64,000 nucleotides of DNA from NCBI GenBank assembly GCA_024707205.1, contig JANQAD010000001.1, positions 1,327,979-1,391,978 on the forward strand, in the 5' to 3' direction. This stretch comes from Demequina sp. (GTDB lineage: Bacteria; Actinomycetota; Actinomycetes; Actinomycetales; Demequinaceae). Position 1 is the first letter of the stretch, and each line of letters starts with the position of its first letter. The notes below the pieces were generated by a model. It did no database searches, was not told the origin of the DNA, and worked only from the letters and a program-made list of their open reading frames with translations. A program made the position numbers and the translations under genes. Positions 56,356 to 64,000 of the stretch are shown here, piece after piece.

Positions 56356-56886
56356 GTGCGGGAGTGGCAGGGGCTCGTCGAGCGGCTCGTTGAGGAGCGC
56401 GGCTCGCGGCTCACCGCGTACGGCCGGATGCTCGTCGGTCCCGGTGAGGACGCGGAGGACCTCGTCCACGACGCGATCGTCAAGACCTTCTCTCGCGGCC
56501 GCCACATCCATGACGTGGACCACGCCGAGGCGTACGTTCGGCGCGTGATGCCCACCCTGGTCATCGACAGAGCTCGCTCGCGCGCCGCGCAGTCCCGCAC
56601 CAGCAGGCGGGCGTTCGAGCGCGAGCGCGCCTCGGCGGACCTGGACGCGAGCCTTGACGTGAGGCGCGCGCTGCAGGGCCTGCCGCCGCGCGAGCGCGCG
56701 TGCGTCGTGCTGCGGTTCTTCGACGACCTGACCGTTCCGCAGATCGCCGCCCAGCTGGGCCTCGCGGAGGGAACGGTCAAGCGCTACCTTGCCGACGCGT
56801 CGGGCAGGCTCGCGAACCAACTGAACGTAGATCCAGAAGCAGGGGAGACGGTGCGGGTGTCCGCGCCGGGGAAGGAGGGGCGATGA
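56356..56886 (+). CDS. ECF sigma factor (SigE-like family), copy 3
   Basis: AEDLVHDAIVKTF, YVRR, RACVVLRFFDDLTVPQIA..LGLAEGTVKRYL. Confidence 0.92.
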   Translation: MREWQGLVERLVEERGSRLTAYGRMLVGPGEDAEDLVHDAIVKTFSRGRHIHDVDHAEAYVRRVMPTLVIDRARSRAAQSRTSRRAFERERASADLDASLDVRRALQGLPPRERACVVLRFFDDLTVPQIAAQLGLAEGTVKRYLADASGRLANQLNVDPEAGETVRVSAPGKEGR

Positions 56887-58394
56887 ACACCATCGGTGAC
56901 GCCCTCAACCAGTCATTTGCGGCCGACGCTGCGCGTGAGAACACGCTCGACGCTCGCCGCGCGATCGGCGCGATCGGGCGCAGGCGTGCCGTCCGGGCGG
57001 CCGGCATGGGCACGGCGGCCGCGGTGGGGATCGGCGCCATGGGTGCCGTGTGGTGGTTCGCTCCGGGCGGGCGCTGGGCCAGCCCGGCGCAGCCTGCGCC
57101 CAGCACCCAATGCACGGACGCGCAGCTGTACCTGCCGCCCAACCCCGAGGCAATGGGCGACGTAGACCTGAAGTTCCGTGCCTATGTGGACCTGCGGCCC
57201 GGTTCGCCAACGGACGGCGTGGTGGTGGTGCGCCAGGACGGGACGCTGGTGAGAGTGGAACCAGGTGACGACGGCACGTACACCTACTTGGGCAACCCCA
57301 TCACGTTCCCGGACATGCCGGATGAGATCAAGTTCCGACCCATGGTGATGGACTTCGAGGCCACCGGCGGAGGCGGCGACTATTGGGACGGCGTTAACCC
57401 GGTGACCAAGGACTACGCGTGGACCATGGTGCTTCCGGAGCAGGTGCCCGATGGCACCGACACCGCGCTCCTGTCGTCGACGCTGCGAATCGCGATGGAG
57501 CTAGGGGGTACGGGATACATTCCGGATTCCGTGCCGCACGGCGCGGTCGCCGACGAAGTCCTCACGACGACATCCGGCGAAACGGAAGAGGCGCGGTTGT
57601 CCGAGGGCGACCCTGGGTTCAGCACCGAGGGTCGTACGGACGTCGCCTCCGTGGCCCTCCGAGTCACTATGGCCGACGGCTCGTCCTTCGCGCTGGTGGC
57701 TAACCACCACGAGGTGGACCCGGCGCTGACGGCCTGCGCCTCGGCGTCCACGAGCGTCACAGCTACTCCCACGGGCAGCCCGGAACCAGCCGCCACGGGC
57801 CCGATCCCCGGTTCCTCGCCGGACCCCGGCGTCTCCCAAGGTGGTGTGCCTGAGGTGTTGGCCGGCCCCGAGTCCGCTGTGTTCGCGTGTGGGGCGGCGT
57901 TGCCGAATGACCTCGAGGGCACTCTGGGGCTGGACGTCGTGTGGGCGAGCGGCTCCGAGCCGCTCGGTGGCAGCGGGGTGCCGGGCACGTTCGACTTTGG
58001 CGCTGGCGGCATCATGGCCACCGGCGAGCTCAAGAGAGGCGAGGCGCAGCACGGAAACCTGGAGTCCTTTAACTGGGCGTCCAGTGGCACCGAAGGCCAG
58101 GAGTCCCTCGCCATCTACATGACGGCGGTGGCCGTCAAGGACGACACCGTGGTCGGGGTGGTGAACGTCTCAAGCGATCCGCCGCCGACAGAGGTCTTCA
58201 ACTTCGGCGGGCCGGGTTCAGACCCGACGCTGGAGAACGTGACCATGGCGATCAAGGACGTGGGCGAGCGGATGGAGCCGTGCCCCGGCTACGTGGAGCG
58301 TGAGCTCGAGGGCGCGACAACCGTTGCACTGCTCGGGACCGGCAGCGTTGGCGGCCCGTATACCTTCGCGTGGACTCCGGTGACCGTGGACTAG
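56883..58394 (+). CDS. Putative anti-sigma/membrane partner with two-part ectodomain
   Basis: ATGA overlap; RRRAVR then TM helix; two domains joined by a Pro/Ser/Thr linker. Confidence 0.7.
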   Translation: MNTIGDALNQSFAADAARENTLDARRAIGAIGRRRAVRAAGMGTAAAVGIGAMGAVWWFAPGGRWASPAQPAPSTQCTDAQLYLPPNPEAMGDVDLKFRAYVDLRPGSPTDGVVVVRQDGTLVRVEPGDDGTYTYLGNPITFPDMPDEIKFRPMVMDFEATGGGGDYWDGVNPVTKDYAWTMVLPEQVPDGTDTALLSSTLRIAMELGGTGYIPDSVPHGAVADEVLTTTSGETEEARLSEGDPGFSTEGRTDVASVALRVTMADGSSFALVANHHEVDPALTACASASTSVTATPTGSPEPAATGPIPGSSPDPGVSQGGVPEVLAGPESAVFACGAALPNDLEGTLGLDVVWASGSEPLGGSGVPGTFDFGAGGIMATGELKRGEAQHGNLESFNWASSGTEGQESLAIYMTAVAVKDDTVVGVVNVSSDPPPTEVFNFGGPGSDPTLENVTMAIKDVGERMEPCPGYVERELEGATTVALLGTGSVGGPYTFAWTPVTVD

Positions 58395-58511
58395 TACCCG
58401 GCCACGGACTCATCGGAAGATGTAACGCAAAGGGCCTCGTGCGATGCCAACCGCGCGTGCTAGCGTCGGCGACATCCAGGGCCATTCGGGGGAATGGTGC
58501 GGAGGATCGAC

Positions 58512-59432
58512 GTGGCCGACGAGTCAGTAGCAGGAACCTTGAGCGGAGCGGCCGCGCGGCAGCTCTCCACGGTGACGAAGAGCGCTCCGCAGTGGAGCGG
58601 GATCACGCCAAGATGGCTGGTGCCGCTGCTCGAGTGGGTGCCTGTAGAGGCCGGCGTCTACCGCGTGAACCGCGTCGCGGAGCCGAAGGCGGCGGAGGCG
58701 GACGTCGTCTGCAGCCCCGAGGGCGACGCCGACCTCCCGGAGTCGTTCGTCGACTACGAGACCAACCCTCGCGAGTTCACGCTCAACGCCGTGACCACGG
58801 TGCTCGAGGTGCAGACCCGCGTCAGCGACCTCTACCAGTCGCCCCACGACCAGGTGCGCGAGCAGCTGCGCCTCACCGTGGAGAAGGTCAAGGAGCGCCA
58901 GGAGCGCCAACTGTTCAACAACGAGGACTACGGCCTGCTGCACCAGGTCACCCCCGAGCAGCGCATCAAGACGCGCACCGGCGCCCCCACCCCGGACGAC
59001 CTTGACGCCCTCATCGCCAAGGTCTGGAAGCAGCCCTCGTACTTCCTCGCCCACCCCGACGCGGTGGCCGCGATCGGCCGTGAGTGCACTCGCCGCGGGG
59101 TTCCGCCGGCGACGACCAATATCTTCGGCGGCACGTTCCTCACGTGGCGCGGCATCCCCATCATCCCCACGGACAAGATTGACGTGGAGAAGGGCAAGAC
59201 CACCGTCCTGCTGGTCCGCATCGGCTACGAGAAGCAGGGAGTGATCGGCCTCTTCCAGCCGGGAGTGCCCGGGGAGGTGGGGCCCAGCCTGTCCGTGCGC
59301 TTCATGGGCATCGACAAGCGCGCCGTGGCATCGTACCTGGTATCGCTGTACTGCTCGGCCGCCGTGCTGTCGCCGGACGCGATCGGCGCCCTCGACAACG
59401 TGGATGTCACCAAGTTCCATGAGTACGCCTAG
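58512..59432 (+). CDS. Family 2A encapsulin shell protein (SrpI/MMP-I family)
   Basis: AARQLSTVTKSAPQ, PRWL..LL.WVPVEAG.YRVNR, LRLTVEK.KE.QE, GAPTPDDLD.LI, TWRG.PI.P.DK, SYL.SLY.S.AVL; GGAGG RBS before GTG 58512. Confidence 0.92.
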   Translation: MADESVAGTLSGAAARQLSTVTKSAPQWSGITPRWLVPLLEWVPVEAGVYRVNRVAEPKAAEADVVCSPEGDADLPESFVDYETNPREFTLNAVTTVLEVQTRVSDLYQSPHDQVREQLRLTVEKVKERQERQLFNNEDYGLLHQVTPEQRIKTRTGAPTPDDLDALIAKVWKQPSYFLAHPDAVAAIGRECTRRGVPPATTNIFGGTFLTWRGIPIIPTDKIDVEKGKTTVLLVRIGYEKQGVIGLFQPGVPGEVGPSLSVRFMGIDKRAVASYLVSLYCSAAVLSPDAIGALDNVDVTKFHEYA

Positions 59433-61140
59433 CCACGTCCCTGGCATCGACGAACTCACCGCGCTCGCGAACGAGTTCTTCCACGCGAGTGGGGATGTCC
59501 CCGTGCCGGCTGGCGCTCCCGCGACCCCTGCGCCGTCCCCAGCGACCGTGCCCACGTCGCCCGTGAATCCCCCAGCCCCCGCCGCGGCGAGCCGAGCGCA
59601 CACCGCTCCCGTGCCGTCGGCCCTTGGGGTGGGCGTTCCCGGGCCTGGCGGCACGCTCCCGCCGCTCGAGTTGCTGGCCATTCCCGTGGTCCACGAGCAG
59701 GTGCCGCCGCTCAGTTGGAAGCAGCCGCTGCCCGACGCTTGGGCGGGTTCGCCGCTCCCTGCGCCTGACGCTCCGGTCGACTTCTCCTTCCCGCTCCTTC
59801 CGGAGACGCTCGACCTGCGAGAGGTGCCGACGCATTCGGTGCGCGCCCGCGAGCCGCTTCCCGACGCCGCGAGCCTGCAGGCGTTCTCGCCGAGCCTCGT
59901 GCCCGCCGTGCAGGCCACTTCGCCCGGGCACGATGCCAACGTGGCGCGCCGCGACTTCCCCATCCTCAAGACCACGGTCAACGGGAAGCCCCTGGTCTGG
60001 CTCGACAACGCGGCCACGACGCAGAAGCCGCAAGCCGTCATCGACCGTCTTGTGCACTTCTACGAGCACGAGAACTCCAACATTCACCGCGCCGCCCACG
60101 AGCTCGCGGCCCGCGCAACGGACGCCTACGAGGGCGCCCGCGAGTCCGTGCGCCGCTTCCTCAACGCGCCCACCCGCGAAGAGATCGTCTTCACTCGCGG
60201 CACCACGGAGGCGATCAACCTCGTGGCGAAGTCGTGGGGAGCGGCGAACATCGGCGAGGGCGACGAGATCCTCATCACTCACCTGGAGCACCACGCGAAC
60301 ATCGTCCCGTGGCAACAGCTGTGCGCCGCGACGGGCGCGGTGCTGCGGGTGGCACCGGTCGACGACAACGGCGACGTAATCGTCGAGGAGTTCGCGAGGC
60401 TGATTGGGCCGCGCACCAAGCTCGCGAGCTTCACGCAGGTCTCCAACGCCCTCGGCACGGTCACGCCAGCGGCCGAGATGATCGGCATCGCGCACGCAAA
60501 GGGCGTGCCCGTGCTGTTCGACGCCGCGCAGTCTGTGGCGCACGTCCACACGGACGTGAGCGCGCTCGACGTCGACTTCCTCGTCTTCAGCGGTCACAAG
60601 ATCTACGGCCCAACCGGCATCGGCGCGCTGTACGCAAAGCGCGCGATCCTCGAGTCGATGCCCCCGTGGGAGGGCGGCGGAAACATGATCGAGGACGTCA
60701 CCTTCGAGAAGACCGCCTTCCACGGCCCGCCCGCGCGATTCGAGGCGGGCACCGGCAACATCGCCGACGCCGTCGGCCTCGGCGCTGCGCTCGACTACGT
60801 GAGCGCCCGCGGGATCGACGCGATCGGCGCCTACGAGCACGGCCTCATCGAGTACCTCGTGGCCCAGCTCGCGGGAGTGCGCTCCCTGCGCTTCATCGGC
60901 AGCCCCACCCTGCGCGCGGGAGCGTTGTCCTTCGTTCTCGAGGGCCGCACCACCCAGGAGGTGGGGGAGGCGCTCCACCGTGACGGAATCGCGGTGCGGT
61001 CCGGGCACCACTGCGCGCAGCCGATCCTGCGGCGCTTCGGAGTGGAGACGTCGGTGCGGCCCTCGCTCGCTCTCTACAACACCGCCGGCGACGTGGACGC
61101 GCTCGTGACGTCACTGAACCGGATCGTCGCACGGGGTTGA
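59419..61140 (+). CDS. Encapsulin cargo cysteine desulfurase (SufS type) with disordered N-terminal targeting domain
   Basis: LTALANEFF motif then a Pro/Ala-rich ~150-aa extension; LDNAATTQKP, FSGHK, RSGHHCAQP. Confidence 0.92.
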   Translation: MSTPSHVPGIDELTALANEFFHASGDVPVPAGAPATPAPSPATVPTSPVNPPAPAAASRAHTAPVPSALGVGVPGPGGTLPPLELLAIPVVHEQVPPLSWKQPLPDAWAGSPLPAPDAPVDFSFPLLPETLDLREVPTHSVRAREPLPDAASLQAFSPSLVPAVQATSPGHDANVARRDFPILKTTVNGKPLVWLDNAATTQKPQAVIDRLVHFYEHENSNIHRAAHELAARATDAYEGARESVRRFLNAPTREEIVFTRGTTEAINLVAKSWGAANIGEGDEILITHLEHHANIVPWQQLCAATGAVLRVAPVDDNGDVIVEEFARLIGPRTKLASFTQVSNALGTVTPAAEMIGIAHAKGVPVLFDAAQSVAHVHTDVSALDVDFLVFSGHKIYGPTGIGALYAKRAILESMPPWEGGGNMIEDVTFEKTAFHGPPARFEAGTGNIADAVGLGAALDYVSARGIDAIGAYEHGLIEYLVAQLAGVRSLRFIGSPTLRAGALSFVLEGRTTQEVGEALHRDGIAVRSGHHCAQPILRRFGVETSVRPSLALYNTAGDVDALVTSLNRIVARG

Positions 61141-61187
61141 CTCGATAACTGGGCCGTGCTCGGCTAACCCAAGCGTCGCCCCTGTAT

Positions 61188-61284
61188 GCTCCGCACGGAA
61201 CGTGTGACGCGTGTGACCCATGAGGAGCCCGATCACCTCCGCCGCGTCACTCCAGCCACACCAATCACAACCTCCGTGCGGAGC
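61188..61284. repeat. Nested inverted-repeat element between convergent genes
   Basis: GCTCCGCACGGA (61188-61199) / TCCGTGCGGAGC (61273-61284) and GTGACGCG (61204-61211) / CGCGTCAC (61243-61250). Confidence 0.6.
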
Positions 61285-61293
61285 CTACGGGGG

Positions 61294-62277
61294 CTAGACG
61301 TTCTCCGCGAACTCCGGCTCAGCGTCGGGGTCGCCGCGGCGTGACCAGGCCCGCCACGAGTCGGCGGTGATGAGGATGAGCGCCACCCACACCAGGGCGA
61401 ACCCGATCCATCGTCCGGTGGGCATGGGCTCGTGGAAGTACCAGACCGCGAGCATGAACATCATCGTCGGCGCGATGTACTGGAGCAGCCCGGTGATGTT
61501 GAGCGGCAGCCTTGCAGCACCCGCCGCGAACAGCAGCAGCGCGCCCACCGTCGCGACGCCGGCGAACATGAGCAGCACGTCGTGGTGGAGGCCGAGACCC
61601 TCGGAGCCGCGCGCGCCAAAGGTCAGCGTCCCCCGTGCGCGCATCCAGAGGAGCGCGATGAGCGCGAACGGCGCCAGCACCATCGTCTCGACCGTGAGCC
61701 CGGTGACCGCGTCAACGGACGCGCCCACCCGCTTCTTGATGAGCCCGTAGAACCCAAAGGACAGCGCAAGCGCGAGCGAGATCCACGGCAGCTGGCCCAT
61801 CTCGAAGCCGATCACCGCTACGGCGACCGCCGCGACGACAACGGCAACGAGCTGCATCCGGCGCAGCCGCTCCCCAAGGAGCGTCACGCCGAGCGCCACG
61901 GTCACGAGCGGGTTGATGTAGTAGCCGAGCGAGGCCGACGCCACCTGGTCGCTCACCACCGCGTACACGTAGACGAGCCAGTTGAACGCGATCAGCACGG
62001 CGGCCAAGGCGAGCGTCCAGAACGTCTTGCGGTTCGCCAGCACCACTCGCAGGCGCCCCCAACTCCGCGCCGCGCCCACGATGACGAGGCACACCACGAG
62101 CGACCACACCGCCCGCTGTGCCGTGATCTCGATCGCGCTCGCGGGGATGAGCGCGTGCATGAGCAGCGGGAACAGGCCCCAGACGAGGTAGGCCGACGCC
62201 CCAAAGATCAGGCCGCTGCGGTCCAGTGAACTGCTGCGGTCTATGGAACTGCTGCGGTCCTGCGGCGCGCTCGTCAC
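61294..62277 (-). CDS. rarD: EamA-family transporter RarD
   Basis: YLVWGLFP, ASLGYYINPL, FGFYGLIKK, LLQYIAPT. Confidence 0.93.
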   Translation of the reverse strand: MTSAPQDRSSSIDRSSSLDRSGLIFGASAYLVWGLFPLLMHALIPASAIEITAQRAVWSLVVCLVIVGAARSWGRLRVVLANRKTFWTLALAAVLIAFNWLVYVYAVVSDQVASASLGYYINPLVTVALGVTLLGERLRRMQLVAVVVAAVAVAVIGFEMGQLPWISLALALSFGFYGLIKKRVGASVDAVTGLTVETMVLAPFALIALLWMRARGTLTFGARGSEGLGLHHDVLLMFAGVATVGALLLFAAGAARLPLNITGLLQYIAPTMMFMLAVWYFHEPMPTGRWIGFALVWVALILITADSWRAWSRRGDPDAEPEFAENV

Positions 62278-62376
62278 TCAAGCATTCTCGCAGGCCCGAC
62301 GCCCGGGCCGGGTTCGCGCGCGGGTGCCAGTGGCGCGCGGGCTGGCCCCGCAATATGGCCCGACGCCTTGACCGGC

Positions 62377-63729
62377 TCAGATGGTCAGGTACCCGTCCTC
62401 GCCGGTGCCGGGCACGGCCGCGCGGGCCGTGGCGGCCGCGAGGGTGTTGCCGTCCTGTGGGTCGACGAGGCAGAAGGCTCCCGTGCGGCGGTGGCTGCCG
62501 TAGTCCTCGATCGCGAGCGGCTGCGCGAGTTGAAGCGCGACCACCCCGATGTCGTTGAGGCCCAGCTGGAGATCCTCGCCGGGGATGATCGAGGCGTCGA
62601 GGGTGCCCCCTGGAAGCGAGATGTCGAGCTTGCCCTCGATCCCGATGACCATGGCCTGCACCAGTGACGAGCCGTGCTGCACGAGCACCCGATCGCGGAT
62701 CCGCAGGGGCCGCTCCGAGAGCCACGCCACGTGGGCGTGGAAGTTCTTCACCGCGAGCGCCGCGTCTCCCGCGGCGCTCAGCAGGTCGCCGCGCGCCACG
62801 TCGATGTCGTCGGCGAGCCGCACCGCGATCGAGGCGCCCGCTGGCGCGGAGGTGAGCGGGCCGTCGGCCGTATCGATGCCGGCCACCGTGGTGCGGCGGC
62901 CCGAGGGCTGGACCACGACGGCGTCGCCGACCCGGATGGTGCCTTCGGCGACCTGGCCGGCGTAGCCCCTGTACTCGCGGTGCTCGGGGCTGACGGCCGC
63001 GTCTTGGGGCCGGAGCACGTACTGGACGGGGAAGCGCCAGCCGCCTTGGGCGATGGCGGCGAGCTCATCGGCGCCGGGAACGGTCTCGAGCAGCTCGAGC
63101 ACCGTCGGGCCCTCGTACCAGGGGGTGCGGGCGGAGCGCTCCACCACGTTGTCGCCCTCGAGCGCGGAAACGGGGATGGCGACGACGTCCGGCATGCCGA
63201 GCTTTGCCGCGTGCGCGGCGACGTCGCCGGCGATCTGCTCGAACGGGTCGCGAGCGAAGCCGATGAGGTCGATCTTGTTGACGGCGACCACCACGTGCGG
63301 CACGCGCAGGAGCGCGGCTACCGCCAGGTGACGGCGGGTCTGCTCCACGACCCCGTGGCGCGCGTCCACCAGCACGATGAGCGCGTCCGCGGTGGAGGCT
63401 CCGGTCACGGTGTTCCGCGTGTACTGAACGTGGCCGGGGCAGTCCGCGAGGATGAAGGTGCGGTTGGGAGTCGAGAAGTAGCGGTAGGCGACGTCGATCG
63501 TGATGCCCTGTTCGCGCTCGGCGCGCAGGCCATCCGTGAGGAGCGCGAGGTCGACGGTCTCGGCACCTCGCGCGCGCGAGACGCGCTCGACGGCCTCGTA
63601 GGCGTCGGCGAGGATCGACTTGGTGTCAAAGAGCAGGCGCCCAACGAGGGTGGACTTGCCGTCGTCGACGGAGCCCGCGGTGGCGAACCGGAGCAGCGAC
63701 GTTGTGCGCGTTTCAGTGAGTACGCTCAC
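62377..63729 (-). CDS. cysN: Sulfate adenylyltransferase subunit 1
   Basis: TAGSVDDGKSTLVGRLL, AEREQGITIDVAYRYF, DCPGH, NKID; GTG start overlapping the restored cysD TAG. Confidence 0.93.
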   Translation of the reverse strand: MSVLTETRTTSLLRFATAGSVDDGKSTLVGRLLFDTKSILADAYEAVERVSRARGAETVDLALLTDGLRAEREQGITIDVAYRYFSTPNRTFILADCPGHVQYTRNTVTGASTADALIVLVDARHGVVEQTRRHLAVAALLRVPHVVVAVNKIDLIGFARDPFEQIAGDVAAHAAKLGMPDVVAIPVSALEGDNVVERSARTPWYEGPTVLELLETVPGADELAAIAQGGWRFPVQYVLRPQDAAVSPEHREYRGYAGQVAEGTIRVGDAVVVQPSGRRTTVAGIDTADGPLTSAPAGASIAVRLADDIDVARGDLLSAAGDAALAVKNFHAHVAWLSERPLRIRDRVLVQHGSSLVQAMVIGIEGKLDISLPGGTLDASIIPGEDLQLGLNDIGVVALQLAQPLAIEDYGSHRRTGAFCLVDPQDGNTLAAATARAAVPGTGEDGYLTI

Positions 63730-64000
63730 TAGAAATACCCCCTCCTTCTTGCGGTCCTCCATGGCTGCCTCGCTGAGGCGATCGTCGGCGCGGGTCGCGC
63801 CGCGCTCGGTGACGCGCGTGGCGGCCACCTCGGCGATGACCTCGGCGACCGAGACTGCGGACGACTCAACCGCTCCCGTGCACGAGGCGTCCCCAACGGT
63901 GCGGTACCGAACCGTCTTGGTGACCACAGCGTCGGACTCCGTGACTGTCACCGCGGGGTGCGGGGTCAGCCACATGCCATCGCGCTGGAACACGGGGCGC
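63729..64000 (-). CDS. cysD: Sulfate adenylyltransferase subunit 2 (C-terminal part; extra base at 63738-63742)
   Basis: VRYRTVGDASCTGA, TERGATRADD, MEDRKKEG(YF) canonical terminus. Confidence 0.93.

Noticed and set aside
58512-59432. HK97-fold protein as a phage capsid
   Set aside because: No terminase, portal or tail genes; coupling to a desulfurase with a cargo motif identifies an encapsulin
62377-63993. Apparent CysD-CysN fusion ORF (538 aa within the window)
   Set aside because: Removing one C from the 63738-63742 run restores the canonical KEGYF* end with a TAGTG overlap into cysN, so this is likely an indel artefact

Overview
This is a high-GC (~70% by eye) actinobacterial chromosome segment; Micrococcales is my inference, with Demequinaceae a good fit. 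It is mostly a housekeeping respiratory region: TPP-riboswitch thiBP, dcd, cellobiose phosphorylase, gdhA, trkAH, bS22, cytochrome c maturation system II, menA/E/B/C/D/F/J, a complete nuoA-N operon, polyprenyl synthase, a family 2A encapsulin with its cysteine desulfurase cargo, and cysN/cysD. About ten single-base frameshifts hit otherwise intact, mostly core genes, nearly all in G/C runs, and look like sequencing indels. The most notable observations are: (1) a non-palindromic 12-14-mer, (CC)ACAGCGTCGGGC, is strongly over-represented on both strands, inside and between genes, and forms terminator-like inverted pairs, resembling a DNA-uptake sequence; (2) a DUF559/AbiEi-like nuclease gene is bracketed by ~53-bp imperfect inverted repeats; (3) three paralogous modules of ECF sigma plus a variable-ectodomain membrane partner share a CAAC-N17/18-CGT promoter; (4) menG is missing from its usual slot, which fits demethylmenaquinone use; (5) several long intergenic palindromic elements. 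All calls come from reading the sequence and recalled family motifs; no searches were run.
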